A stretch of 64,000 nt of DNA from Chloroflexota bacterium (lineage in GTDB: Bacteria; Chloroflexota; Limnocylindria; Limnocylindrales; CSP1-4): positions 1,024-65,023 of the forward strand of contig JADGQK010000004.1 in the NCBI GenBank assembly GCA_017881915.1. The letters run 5' to 3'. The notes beneath the pieces were generated by a model. That model did not search any database and had not been told where the DNA came from. It was given only the letters and a program-made list of their open reading frames with translations. This document shows, piece by piece, positions 54,955 through 64,000 of the stretch (its first letter is position 1; each line of letters begins with the position of its first letter). The position numbers and the translations under genes were made by a program.

Positions 54955-56402
54955 CCCCGGGTCGTGGGACACTGGCCGCCGTGACCGACCCGCCCGGCAT
55001 GCCGCTGCCACCACCGGGGAGCGAGTCGTTCGACGCTGCCGAGCTCGCCCGGTTGAGTGGCGGCCGTCTTGTTCATGATGCCCGCCGGCCGATCCGCGGC
55101 GCGGCGGTCGATTCCCGGCGAGTGCTGCCCGGCAACCTCTTCGTGGCCCTGCCCGGCGAGCGGACCGACGGCCACGAGCATCTCGCCGAGGCGGTGGCCA
55201 ACGGAGCGGCCGCCGTCCTGGTCAGCCGGCCCGGCCTGCCGTCCGAGGTGCTCGGCGAGGTCAGTGTCGTGCGCGTCGGCCGGCCGATCGACGCGCTCGG
55301 GGCGATCGCCAGCGGCTGGCGCGGTCGTTTCGACCCGCTCACGGTTGGAATCACCGGGAGCATCGCCAAGACATCGACGAAGGAGGCGGTCGGCGCGGTC
55401 CTCGCCGTGCGCTTCCGAACCCTGCGCAGCGAGGGCAACGAGAACAACGAGATCGGCCTGCCGCTGACAGTCCTCCGCCTCGATCGATCGGTCGAGGCGC
55501 TCGTCCTGGAGATGGGCATGTACGTCGGCGGCGAGATCGCCGACCTGGCCCGGATCGGCCGGCCGCAGATCGGCGTGGTGACGTCCGTCCAGCCGGTCCA
55601 CCTGTCGCGAATCGGGTCGATCGAGGCGATCGAACGGGCGAAGTCGGAGCTTGTCGAGGCACTCCCCGCGGGTGGGACGGCCATCCTCAACGCAGACGAC
55701 GAGCGGGTCGCCCGGATGGCCGACCGGACCGCGGCCCGGGTGCTGACCTACGGTTTCGGGCCGGCGGCCGAGGTGACTGCCGAAACCGTGGAGTCGGCGG
55801 CTGTCGCGGGCATGCGTTTCGTCCTGCGAACCCCAGCCGGGCGCCGGCCGATCGCCCTCCCGAGCCTGGGTCGGCATGCCGTCCACAATGCGCTGGCGGC
55901 GGCCGCCGTGGGCACGGCCGCCGGGCTCGGCCTTGACGAGATCGTCGCCGGCCTGGCGGTCCCGCCGCCGGCGACGCATCGCGGCGACCTGATTCGTCTG
56001 GGAGACGTGACGATCCTGGACGACAGCTACAACGCCGCGCCGGCGTCGATGGGCGCGGCCCTGGCGGTCCTGGCCGGCCTGCCCGGCCGCCGCGTGGCGG
56101 TCCTCGGTGAGATGCTCGAGCTGGGCGCCGGTCACGAGGCGGGCCATCTCCAGGTCGGCCGGTTGGCCGCCGCGGTGGTCGATCTGCTCATCGTCGTCGG
56201 CCGGGGAGCCGAACCGATCGGTCGGGCAGCCCGCGCCGCGGGCATGCCGGCTGGCCGGGTGATCGAGGTGGCCAACCGCCAGGCGGCGCTCGAGGCCCTC
56301 CGGCCACGGTTGGCCTCGGGCGATGTCGTCCTGGTCAAGGCATCCAATGGGATCGGACTGGGCCGGCTGATCGAGGACCTCCGGATCGAGCTCGACCAAT
56401 GA
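54951..56402 (+). CDS. murF: UDP-N-acetylmuramoyl-tripeptide--D-alanyl-D-alanine ligase
   Basis: MurF-specific NENNEIGLPLT, DSYNAAPASM and GEMLELG. GTGA overlap with the ftsI stop. The P-loop reads GITGSIAKTS. Confidence 0.88.
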   Translation: MTPGRGTLAAVTDPPGMPLPPPGSESFDAAELARLSGGRLVHDARRPIRGAAVDSRRVLPGNLFVALPGERTDGHEHLAEAVANGAAAVLVSRPGLPSEVLGEVSVVRVGRPIDALGAIASGWRGRFDPLTVGITGSIAKTSTKEAVGAVLAVRFRTLRSEGNENNEIGLPLTVLRLDRSVEALVLEMGMYVGGEIADLARIGRPQIGVVTSVQPVHLSRIGSIEAIERAKSELVEALPAGGTAILNADDERVARMADRTAARVLTYGFGPAAEVTAETVESAAVAGMRFVLRTPAGRRPIALPSLGRHAVHNALAAAAVGTAAGLGLDEIVAGLAVPPPATHRGDLIRLGDVTILDDSYNAAPASMGAALAVLAGLPGRRVAVLGEMLELGAGHEAGHLQVGRLAAAVVDLLIVVGRGAEPIGRAARAAGMPAGRVIEVANRQAALEALRPRLASGDVVLVKASNGIGLGRLIEDLRIELDQ

Positions 56403-57394
56403 CGATCGGGACGATCGAGCTGATCCAGGGGCTGCTGATCGCATTCCTCCTCGTCGTGGTCCTGATGCCTCCGTACATCCGGTTTGCCCGCCAGGTCCGC
56501 TTCGGCAAGCACATCCGGGTCGAGGGTCCCCAGAGCCACTACCTCAAGGAAGGCACCCCGACCGGGGCCGGGATCCTGATCGTCCTCGTCGTCGCCGCCG
56601 TGGCCGTCCTGCTGGGTGCCGTCGGTGCCGACACGCCGGACACCTACTCGCCCCTCGGCGCGCTGCTCGGGGTGGCCGCCCTGGGTGCCTTCGACGATTA
56701 CCTGAACGTCCGGACCGGTGACGGGATCCGGGCCCGGCACAAGCTGATCTGGCAGATCGTGGTGGCCGTCCTCGCCGCGCTGTACATCCAGCGGCACTTC
56801 AACATCGACGCAATCCGGGTGCCCTTCGCCGGCGACGTGGTGATCGGGGCACCGCTCTGGATCATCTTCGCGGCCTTCGCCATCGTCTCCACCAGCAACG
56901 GCGTGAACATCACCGATGGCCTCGACGGCCTGGCCGGGGGAACGACCGCGTTTGCCTTCGTCGCCTACATGATCATTGCCCTGCTCAACGTGCCCCACCA
57001 GCCGAACCTGGCCCTGCTCTGCGCGATCATCATCGGGGCGACCGTGGGCTACCTCTGGTTCAACGTCCATCCGGCCCAGGTCCTGATGGGTGATTCGGGC
57101 TCGCTGTCGCTGGGGGCCTGTCTGGCCGTCACGGCCCTGATCACCGGCCAGATCGTCGTCCTGCCCTTGATCGGGCTGGTCTTCGTCGTCGAGACCGGCT
57201 CGGTGATCCTCCAGGTCGCCTACTTCAAGGCGACGGGCGGCCGGCGGATCTTCCTGATGAGCCCGATCCATCACCATTTCGAGCTGTCGGGCTGGGACGA
57301 GGAGAAGATCACGGTCCGGTTCTGGATCGTGGGCGTCCTGGCCGGGCTGATCGGGGTGACCCTGTTCCTCGCCTCGATCCACGCGCTGGCATGA
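56399..57394 (+). CDS. mraY: phospho-N-acetylmuramoyl-pentapeptide transferase
   Basis: NGVNITDGLDGLA and MGDSGSLSLG motifs. Polytopic. Confidence 0.95.
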   Translation: MTIGTIELIQGLLIAFLLVVVLMPPYIRFARQVRFGKHIRVEGPQSHYLKEGTPTGAGILIVLVVAAVAVLLGAVGADTPDTYSPLGALLGVAALGAFDDYLNVRTGDGIRARHKLIWQIVVAVLAALYIQRHFNIDAIRVPFAGDVVIGAPLWIIFAAFAIVSTSNGVNITDGLDGLAGGTTAFAFVAYMIIALLNVPHQPNLALLCAIIIGATVGYLWFNVHPAQVLMGDSGSLSLGACLAVTALITGQIVVLPLIGLVFVVETGSVILQVAYFKATGGRRIFLMSPIHHHFELSGWDEEKITVRFWIVGVLAGLIGVTLFLASIHALA

Positions 57395-58980
57395 TCGCGT
57401 TGACCGTGGACCCGGACCGCCTCAGCCTCGCCGCGATCCGCTCGGGTGCGCTCGCCGGCCGGCCGGTGACGGTCCTCGGCCTGGCCCGCAGTGGCGTCGC
57501 CCTGGCCCGCTTCCTGGTCGACGCCGGGGCCGAGGTGACGATCTACGACGGCCGCCCGGCACTCGAGCTGGCCGACTCGATTGAGCGACTCGAAGGCCGG
57601 CCCGTCCGGCTGCTCGCCGGCCCGGCGGTGGATCCCGCCGAGGCGCTCCGGGGCACGACCCTGGTCGCCACGTCGCCGGCGATCTCGCCCGACTTTCCGA
57701 CAACGGAGCCGCGCCTGCGCTCGATCCTGCAGGGCCTCGTCGCCGGCCGCGCCGCCGGCGATCCGACGGTTCCGGCGATCCTATCGGAGGTGGATCTCTT
57801 CATCCGCCTGTGCCCGGCCCCGACGATCGGGATCACCGGCACGAAGGGCAAGACGACGACCGCCGCGCTGATCGAGCATCTTCTCGCGGCGGACCCCAAT
57901 CATCGCGCCATCCTGGGCGGCAACATCGGCCGGCCGCTCGTTGATCGCCTGCTGGAGCTCCGTCCGGACGATCGGGTCGTGCTCGAGCTGTCCGAGTTGC
58001 AGCTGCCGACGCTCTCCCGCGGCACCCTCGTCGCGGTCTATACCAACGTCACCTCGGACCACCTCGACCGGCACGGCAGCCTCGAGCAGTACCGCCGGGT
58101 GAAGCGCCGCCTGGCCGAGCTGGTCGACCCCGGCGGAGCGCTCGTCCTGAACGCCGACGATCCAACCGTGGCCGCCTATGCCGGGCTGGGCAGCGCGCCC
58201 GCGGTCATGTACCGGCTCGAGCGGCCGATGCCCAGGGGCGTCGGGATCGTCGAGGGCTGGATCGTCGCGGCTGGCGTCGAGCGCCTGTCGCTGGCCGGTG
58301 GCGGGACTGCCGTGACCGGGCCGGGCGGTCGGATCCTGCCGCTGGCCGAGCTGCCGCTGCCCGGCCGGCACAATGTCTCGAACGCCCTGGCTGCGATCAG
58401 CGTCGGGCTGCTGTTCGGCCTGGCGCCCGACGCGATCCGGGCGGCAAGTGCCACCTTCCGCGGGGTCGAGCATCGCCTCGAGCCGGTCGGCGAGCTGGCC
58501 GGCGTGCGCTTCGTCAACGATTCGCAGGGGACCCAGCCCGACGCCGTCATCGCGGCGCTGCGGGCGTACCCGGCGCCGATCGTCCTGATCGCCGGGGGTC
58601 GGGACAAAGGGGTCGATCTCTCGGCGCTCGCCGCGGTCGTCGCCCAGCGGGCCGCGGCGGCCGTCCTGATCGGCGAGAGCGGCCCCAGCCTTGAGCGCCT
58701 CTTCCGGGCTGCCGGCCTCGCCCGCACCGAGCGGGCCACGACACTCGAGATCGCGGTCCGGCGGGCCGACGCGATCGCCCGAGAGATCCGGGCTGGCCAG
58801 GCCGCCGCCCGGCCCGACGATCCCGACGGGGTCCCGCGGGCAACGGTCCTGTTAAGTCCGGCCGCGGCGAGCTTCGACATGTTCCCCGATTACGAGGCCC
58901 GCGGCAGGGCGTTCACGGCAGCGGTCGCCGCCCTGGCCGCGGAACGGAACGGGCCGCGGAGCGGGATGGAGGAGCGATGA
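57391..58980 (+). CDS. murD: UDP-N-acetylmuramoylalanine--D-glutamate ligase
   Basis: N-terminal Rossmann VLGLARSGVA and P-loop GITGTKGKTTT. Position after mraY. Confidence 0.9.
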   Translation: MIALTVDPDRLSLAAIRSGALAGRPVTVLGLARSGVALARFLVDAGAEVTIYDGRPALELADSIERLEGRPVRLLAGPAVDPAEALRGTTLVATSPAISPDFPTTEPRLRSILQGLVAGRAAGDPTVPAILSEVDLFIRLCPAPTIGITGTKGKTTTAALIEHLLAADPNHRAILGGNIGRPLVDRLLELRPDDRVVLELSELQLPTLSRGTLVAVYTNVTSDHLDRHGSLEQYRRVKRRLAELVDPGGALVLNADDPTVAAYAGLGSAPAVMYRLERPMPRGVGIVEGWIVAAGVERLSLAGGGTAVTGPGGRILPLAELPLPGRHNVSNALAAISVGLLFGLAPDAIRAASATFRGVEHRLEPVGELAGVRFVNDSQGTQPDAVIAALRAYPAPIVLIAGGRDKGVDLSALAAVVAQRAAAAVLIGESGPSLERLFRAAGLARTERATTLEIAVRRADAIAREIRAGQAAARPDDPDGVPRATVLLSPAAASFDMFPDYEARGRAFTAAVAALAAERNGPRSGMEER

Positions 58981-60248
58981 GCGTCATCACCAGCCTGGTC
59001 AGGCCGACGATCCGGAGCCGAGCGACGACCCGCCGGAACGCGCCCAACGTCGTCCGGCGCGAGACCCATGGTCCCGACTACGTGGTCCTCGTGGCGGTCG
59101 TCGCCCTGACCGCGATCGGCGTCCTGATGGTCTATTCGTCCTCGGCGATGCAGGCGTACGCCGGCTCCTCGAACTCGTTCGCAGTCGTCGGTCCGCAGGT
59201 CGTGTGGGGCGCCCTCGGGCTCGTTGCCCTGATGGTCATGACCCGGGTGGACTACCGCCGGTTGCGGCTCCTGTCCATCCCGCTGTACCTGGTCGCGATC
59301 GGACTCCTGGTCCTCGTCTTCGTCCCATCGTTCAACCGGGTGGTCGGTGGCTCTGCCCGCTTCCTGCAGGTGGGTCCGCTGCCGGCGATCCACCCGGCAG
59401 AGGTCGGCAAGCTTGCCCTGGTCATCTATCTCGCCCACTGGCTGGCGAAGCGGGGCAGCGGCGTCCAGAGCTTCTGGGCCGGCTTCCTGCCGTTCCTCCT
59501 GATCTACGTGCCTCTCGTCCTGCTGGTCGTGGCCGAGCCCGACCTGGGGACCGCCTCGGTGATCGCCCTGACCGGCCTGTTGATGTTCTTCATCGCCGGC
59601 GCCAACCTTGGTCACCTGGCGGCCCTGACCGGGCTGGGCGTGACCGGGGTGGCGGCGTTCATGCTCCACGGCTACCAGCTCGAGCGGATCCGGATCTGGC
59701 TCAACCCGTGGCAGGACACCAGCGGCGCCGGCTACCACGCGATCCAGGGCCTGCTGGCGCTCGGCCTCGGCGGGATCTTCGGGGCTGGCCTGGGGCAGAG
59801 CCAGGTGGCTGGCGGGATCGCCCTGCCGAATGCCAGCAACGACTTCATCTTCGCCGTGATCGGCGAGGAATTCGGGCTGCTTGGGGCGGGCATCGTGATC
59901 GCCCTGTTCATCATCCTGGCCTATCAGGGCGTCCGGATCTCGCTGGCCGCGCCGGACACGTTCGGGGCGCTGCTGGCCGCGGGGATCACCGCCTGGCTGT
60001 GTGTCCAGGCGTTCATCAACATCGCCGTCGTGGTCGCCCTGATCCCGATCACCGGAATCACCCTGCCGTTCATCAGCGCCGGTGGCTCGTCGCTGTCGAT
60101 CAGCCTGGCGGCCGTGGGAATCCTGCTGTCAATCTCGCGAGAAACCGTGGAACGAGGCACCTGGAACGATGCGTCTGCTGATCGCGGGCGGCGGAACGGG
60201 CGGGCACATCTACCCCGCACTGGCCGTCGCCCGGTCACTTCGCGCTAA
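58977..60248 (+). CDS. ftsW: SEDS-family peptidoglycan polymerase/lipid II flippase FtsW
   Basis: Ten-TM SEDS pattern, with PNASNDFIFAVIGEEFG and LPFISAGGSS motifs. Confidence 0.9.
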   Translation: MSVITSLVRPTIRSRATTRRNAPNVVRRETHGPDYVVLVAVVALTAIGVLMVYSSSAMQAYAGSSNSFAVVGPQVVWGALGLVALMVMTRVDYRRLRLLSIPLYLVAIGLLVLVFVPSFNRVVGGSARFLQVGPLPAIHPAEVGKLALVIYLAHWLAKRGSGVQSFWAGFLPFLLIYVPLVLLVVAEPDLGTASVIALTGLLMFFIAGANLGHLAALTGLGVTGVAAFMLHGYQLERIRIWLNPWQDTSGAGYHAIQGLLALGLGGIFGAGLGQSQVAGGIALPNASNDFIFAVIGEEFGLLGAGIVIALFIILAYQGVRISLAAPDTFGALLAAGITAWLCVQAFINIAVVVALIPITGITLPFISAGGSSLSISLAAVGILLSISRETVERGTWNDASADRGRRNGRAHLPRTGRRPVTSR

Positions 60249-61326
60249 CCCGGCCGAACCGGAGATCACCTGGCTCGGCGGACATCGCGGCCTGGAGGCC
60301 GGGATCGTCCCGGCGGCCGGGATTCCGATCCGCCGGCTCGCCCTGCGCTCGCTGCGCAGCACCGACCGGTCGATCCACCTCGCCCTGGATCCGGCCCGAC
60401 TGGCGCTGTCCGTGCCGCAGGCCACGGCGATCCTCCTCCGGGAGCGCCCGGCCGCGATCTTCACGACCGGTGGTTACGTGGCGATCCCGATCATCCTCGC
60501 GGCCAGCGCCCTGCGGATCCCGGTTGTCATGTGGGAGGGCAACGTGATCCCCGGCCGGAGCGTCCGGGCCACCGCTCGGCTGGCCGACGCGGTCGCCGTC
60601 TCGAACGGGGCGACGTGCTCCGCCCTCGGCCTTCCTGCCGGCCGCTGCTTCGAGACGGGTACCCCGATCCGCGAGCTGGCCGGGATCGACCCGATCGCCG
60701 CGCGCGATCGGTTTGGCGTGCCGCCGGGTGGCCGGCTGCTCCTGATCTTCGGCGGTTCGCAGGCCGTCCGGCGCTTCAACGCCGCGGTGGCCGAGGCGCT
60801 CACCCGGCTCGTTGAGCGGGTCCACCTGATCCACGTCACGGGTGACGCCGGCTACGCGGCCGCCCTGGCCGCTCGCGAGGCCCTGCCGGCCGCCGTCCGG
60901 GACCGCTATCGGCCATACCCCTTCCTGAGGGCCGAGATGACCGATGCCCTGGTCGCCGCCGACCTGATCGTGGGCCGGGCGGGCAGCTCGACCCTGGCTG
61001 AGGCGACCGCCCTCGGCCGACCGCTCGTCATCGTGCCCTACCCCCATGCCGCCGGCCACCAGCGGGCGAACGCCCAGCCGCTCGTCGAGGCCGGCGCCGC
61101 CCGGCTGATCGAGGATGACCGCTTCGATGCCGGGTCCCTGCTCGAGGCGGCCGCGATCCTCGACGACCCGGTCAGGCACAACGCGATGGCGGCCGCCTCG
61201 CGTGCCCTGGGCCGCCCGGCTGCCGCTGCGGCGGTCGCCGACCTCGTCCTGGCTGCGGCCGAGCGACGGGCCTTTCCGGAGCCTGCCGCGATCCTCCGGC
61301 GGGCCCGCGGCGAGCTGGTCGGATGA
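60169..61326 (+). CDS. murG: undecaprenyldiphospho-muramoylpentapeptide beta-N-acetylglucosaminyltransferase
   Basis: MRLLIAGGGTGGHIYPALAVA N-terminus fixes ATG 60169. The gene overlaps the ftsW 3' end by 80 nt, out of frame. Confidence 0.92.
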   Translation: MRLLIAGGGTGGHIYPALAVARSLRANPAEPEITWLGGHRGLEAGIVPAAGIPIRRLALRSLRSTDRSIHLALDPARLALSVPQATAILLRERPAAIFTTGGYVAIPIILAASALRIPVVMWEGNVIPGRSVRATARLADAVAVSNGATCSALGLPAGRCFETGTPIRELAGIDPIAARDRFGVPPGGRLLLIFGGSQAVRRFNAAVAEALTRLVERVHLIHVTGDAGYAAALAAREALPAAVRDRYRPYPFLRAEMTDALVAADLIVGRAGSSTLAEATALGRPLVIVPYPHAAGHQRANAQPLVEAGAARLIEDDRFDAGSLLEAAAILDDPVRHNAMAAASRALGRPAAAAAVADLVLAAAERRAFPEPAAILRRARGELVG

Positions 61327-62300
61327 GCCCCGTCACCGGGCAGCCGGCTTCGTTCGACGCACTCCTGATCGGCACCGATATCCAGCGCCGGATCGGGGTG
61401 AAGACCTCGCGCGACGAGTCCCTGGCCCGCTTTACGACCCTCCGTCTGGGCGGACCGGCCGATCTGTTCGCGGTCGCCCACAACGCCTTCGAGTTGCGCA
61501 AGCTGGTCCAGTTCGCCCGCTCGCGCGGTCTTGCCCATACGGTCCTGGGGCGAGGCAGCAACGTGCTGATCGCCGAGGCCGGGATCCGCGGGCTGGTGAT
61601 CCAGGATCGGGCCGAGGGGATCGAGATCGCTGGCCAGACCCTCGTCGCGGAGGCCGGCGTGCCGATGGCACGGGCCGCCACGGTCAGCCAGGGGGCCGGG
61701 TTGTCCGGGTTGGAATTCGGCCTGGCGATCCCAGGGACGGTCGGCGGCGCCGTCTGGGCGAATGCGGGTGCCCACGAATCGAGCACGGGGGCGATCCTCG
61801 AGACCGCCCGCTTGCTGGCTGCGGACGGCAGCGAGGGCCAGTTGACGCCGGCCGAGCTCGGGCTCGGCTACCGTGACAGCCGGCTCAAGCACGGCGACCC
61901 GGACGGCCCACCGGAGATCGTCCTCGGGGCGACCTTCCACCTCACGCCGGCGTCGGCCGACGAGATCAAGGAGCGGCTCGAAGAGATCAAGCGTTGGCGC
62001 CAGGAGCATCAGCCGCTGGGCACCCCGAGCGCAGGCTCGTGGTACCGCAACCCGCTGCCCCAATCGGCCGGGGCGCTGATCGACGCAGCCGGGCTGAAGG
62101 GTCTCCGGATCGGCGGGGCAGCCGTGAGCGAGAAGCACGCCAACTTCCTGGTGAACGATCGCAAGGGAACGCCGAACGACCTCCGCCGGCTTTCCGACCG
62201 GGTCAGGGCCGAGGTCGCGCGGCGGACCGGGATCGAGCTCGAAGAGGAGGTCGTCTACCTCGGCGACTGGGGCGAGTGGCAGCCGGAGGCGGCCCCGTGA
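61323..62300 (+). CDS. murB: UDP-N-acetylenolpyruvoylglucosamine reductase
   Basis: FAD-binding LGRGSNVLI, plus YRDSRLK and SAGSWYRNP motifs. Confidence 0.9.
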   Translation: MSPVTGQPASFDALLIGTDIQRRIGVKTSRDESLARFTTLRLGGPADLFAVAHNAFELRKLVQFARSRGLAHTVLGRGSNVLIAEAGIRGLVIQDRAEGIEIAGQTLVAEAGVPMARAATVSQGAGLSGLEFGLAIPGTVGGAVWANAGAHESSTGAILETARLLAADGSEGQLTPAELGLGYRDSRLKHGDPDGPPEIVLGATFHLTPASADEIKERLEEIKRWRQEHQPLGTPSAGSWYRNPLPQSAGALIDAAGLKGLRIGGAAVSEKHANFLVNDRKGTPNDLRRLSDRVRAEVARRTGIELEEEVVYLGDWGEWQPEAAP

Positions 62301-63427
62301 GTCCCCGGCCGCCGGTCGTCGTCCTCCTCGGTGGACCATCAGCCGAGCACGACGTCTCGATCGTCTCGGGCTCGGCCGTGGCCAGCGCCCTCGCCGAGGC
62401 GGGATACGACGTGAACCGGGTACTCATCGACCTCGGCGGCGGCTGGTGGCGGCTGCCCGGCGCGCTCAGCAACGGGCCCGGTGCGGCCGCCCTCGTCCCG
62501 GCCGATTTCGACGATCCCGCGATTCTCGGCGCCGACGGTCCACTGACGAGTGGCGTCGTCCTCGAGCGGCTGGCGGACGATGAGCCCCGGCCGGTCGTGT
62601 TCATTGCCCTGCACGGCCCGTTCGGCGAGGACGGCACCGTCCAGGCGCTGCTCGAGGCGGCCGACCTGCCCTACACGGGATCGGGCGTGGCGGCGTCGGC
62701 AGTGGGCATGGACAAGGCGCTGTTCAAGCGCCTCGTTCGGGGTCTGGGCCTGCCGGTCGTCGATTGGCGCGAGATCTCCAGGGGGCGCTGGCTGGCCGAG
62801 CCGGCCGGCGTCCTGGCCGAGCTCGAGGCGTTTGCCGCCGGGACCGGCGATCCTCGCCTGATCGTCAAGCCGGCTCGGCTTGGCAGTTCCCTGGGGATGA
62901 CCCTCGCCCACGATCCAGGCGAGCGTGCCGGCGCCCTGGCGGCTGCCTTCGAGCACGACCCACTGGCCCTCGTTGAGCGCTACGTCCCCCACGCGCGGGA
63001 GCTGGAGGTCGCGGTCATCGGCAACGACCCGGCCCGGCTGGAGCTGTACGGCCCCGGCGAGATCCTGTCGGGCCACGAGTTCTACGACTACGCCGCCAAG
63101 TACACGCCGGGCCTGTCCGAGACCTCGCCCAGGGCCGAGCTCGAGCCGCAGCAACGGGCGACGGTCCTGAAGATCGCTCGCGACGCCTACCGGGCCGTGG
63201 GCGCGGAGGGCTTCGCCCGGCTCGACTTCCTGGTCGAGGGTGAGACGGTCTACCTGTCCGAGATCAACACGATTCCAGGCTTCACCCCGATCAGCCTCTT
63301 CCCGGCGATGGCTGCGTCCGGGGGCTCCGACTTCGCCACGGTGGCCGCCCGGATCGTCGACCTCGGGCTCGAGCGCTGGACCGGCCGGATCCGCCGCCGG
63401 CTGGTCCCGGGCGATCTGCCCAGATGA
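62297..63427 (+). CDS. ddl: D-alanine--D-alanine ligase
   Basis: VVVLLGGPSAEHDVSIVSG, HGPFGEDGTVQ and EINTIPGFT motifs. GTGA overlap with the murB stop. Confidence 0.92.
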   Translation: MSPRPPVVVLLGGPSAEHDVSIVSGSAVASALAEAGYDVNRVLIDLGGGWWRLPGALSNGPGAAALVPADFDDPAILGADGPLTSGVVLERLADDEPRPVVFIALHGPFGEDGTVQALLEAADLPYTGSGVAASAVGMDKALFKRLVRGLGLPVVDWREISRGRWLAEPAGVLAELEAFAAGTGDPRLIVKPARLGSSLGMTLAHDPGERAGALAAAFEHDPLALVERYVPHARELEVAVIGNDPARLELYGPGEILSGHEFYDYAAKYTPGLSETSPRAELEPQQRATVLKIARDAYRAVGAEGFARLDFLVEGETVYLSEINTIPGFTPISLFPAMAASGGSDFATVAARIVDLGLERWTGRIRRRLVPGDLPR

Positions 63428-64000
63428 GTCGGCTGCCCACCCGGCGAGCGAGCCAGCCGCGTGCCGGGCGACCAATCCGGCGATCGTCGGCCGGCCTGTC
63501 GCGAACCCGGGCCCTGGCCGCCCTCATCCTGGTCCTGGCCGGGCTGGCGATCTATGGAATGGGTGCGTCGCCGGTCTTTGCCTACCACCGGGTCGACCTG
63601 CAGGGCGCGACGTGGACGAGCGAGCAGGACGTGAGAGCCCTGCTGGCCATCACCGACGGGACGAACCTGGTGACCCTGCGCACCGACGACCTGGCGCTCC
63701 GTCTGGCCATCCTGCCGGCCGTCCGCTCGGCCGAGGTGAACGTGGTCCTCCCGAACACGATCCTGGTTCGGCTCGATGAGCGCCAGCCGATCCTTGTCTG
63801 GCAGACCAGCGCCGGTCGCTTCCTGGTCGATGCCGCCGGGGTTGCCTTCGTCGAGCTGGCCGACGGAGCAGCCACGCCGAATGGCCTGCCCACGATCACC
63901 GACGCCCGGACGGCCGCGGCGGTCAACGTCGGGTCGTCGATCAACCCGGTCGCCTTCGACGCCGCAACGCGACTCGGCTCACTCACGCCGGCCAGCGTCG
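63424..64000 (+). CDS. ftsQ: cell division protein FtsQ (POTRA domain), 3'-truncated by the window end
   Basis: My own translation from ATG 63424 (ATGA overlap with the ddl stop) gives MSRLPTRRASQPRAG..., a TM helix LAALILVLAGLAIYGM, then a POTRA-like VNVVLPNTILVRLDERQPILVW. It is open to position 64000, so it is absent from the ORF track. Confidence 0.75.
   Translation, partial: MSRLPTRRASQPRAGRPIRRSSAGLSRTRALAALILVLAGLAIYGMGASPVFAYHRVDLQGATWTSEQDVRALLAITDGTNLVTLRTDDLALRLAILPAVRSAEVNVVLPNTILVRLDERQPILVWQTSAGRFLVDAAGVAFVELADGAATPNGLPTITDARTAAAVNVGSSINPVAFDAATRLGSLTPASV

Noticed and set aside
54942-57382. Two long minus-strand ORFs (500 and 416 aa) inside the dcw cluster
   Set aside because: They are antisense to murF and mraY, with low-complexity charged translations. 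The plus-strand genes carry clear catalytic motifs.

Overview
GC-rich, gene-dense bacterial chromosomal segment. Third codon positions are overwhelmingly G/C, GTG/TTG starts are frequent, and many neighbouring genes show ATGA/GTGA start-stop overlaps. The gene content looks like a monoderm Actinomycetota/Chloroflexota-type organism; I cannot assign it further from sequence alone. It is mostly core housekeeping.

In order, the window contains:
- an exported protein and a lipoprotein
- SDR and MFS genes
- dnaG-rpoD
- an HTH protein, a rhodanese and tRNA-Asn(GUU)
- a small accessory-looking stretch: polytopic membrane protein, AhpD-like, DUF4260-TetR, two sedolisin-related genes, an orphan DNA methyltransferase and a repeat-domain exported protein
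- a minus-strand Leloir operon (deoR-galT-galK-epimerase) divergent from a sugar ABC importer (SBP plus two permeases)
- an envelope-stress-type block (LiaF/toastrack-like, PspC, GIDE-like, LemA)
- two unknown ORFs flanking a HAD remnant, then a UbiA-family gene
- parB-parA with consensus DnaA boxes upstream
- a propionyl-CoA to fumarate set (carboxyltransferase, biotin carboxylase, BCCP, methylmalonyl-CoA mutase large subunit, epimerase, sucCD, sdhCDAB), interrupted by a DUF47-PiT-orphan ABC ATPase unit
- rnhA and RNase P RNA
- a dcw cluster: mraZ-rsmH-(small ORF)-ftsL-ftsI-murF-mraY-murD-ftsW-murG-murB-ddl-ftsQ, with ftsQ running off the window

I found no CRISPR array, rRNA, transposase, integrase or recognisable defence system, and no convincing multi-gene novel system. 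The observations most worth a second look are:
- a stand-alone sedolisin prodomain gene convergent with a full-length S53 peptidase
- a UbiA-family gene with no canonical start codon that sits +1 relative to the stop of the upstream ORF
- an extra small His/Arg-rich ORF between rsmH and ftsL
- a cluster of TTGACA-core palindromes upstream of dnaG
- inverted consensus DnaA boxes upstream of parA
- a clear Pmra promoter with three tandem 10-bp GTGG repeats

All family calls come from motif recognition by eye, not from database searches.
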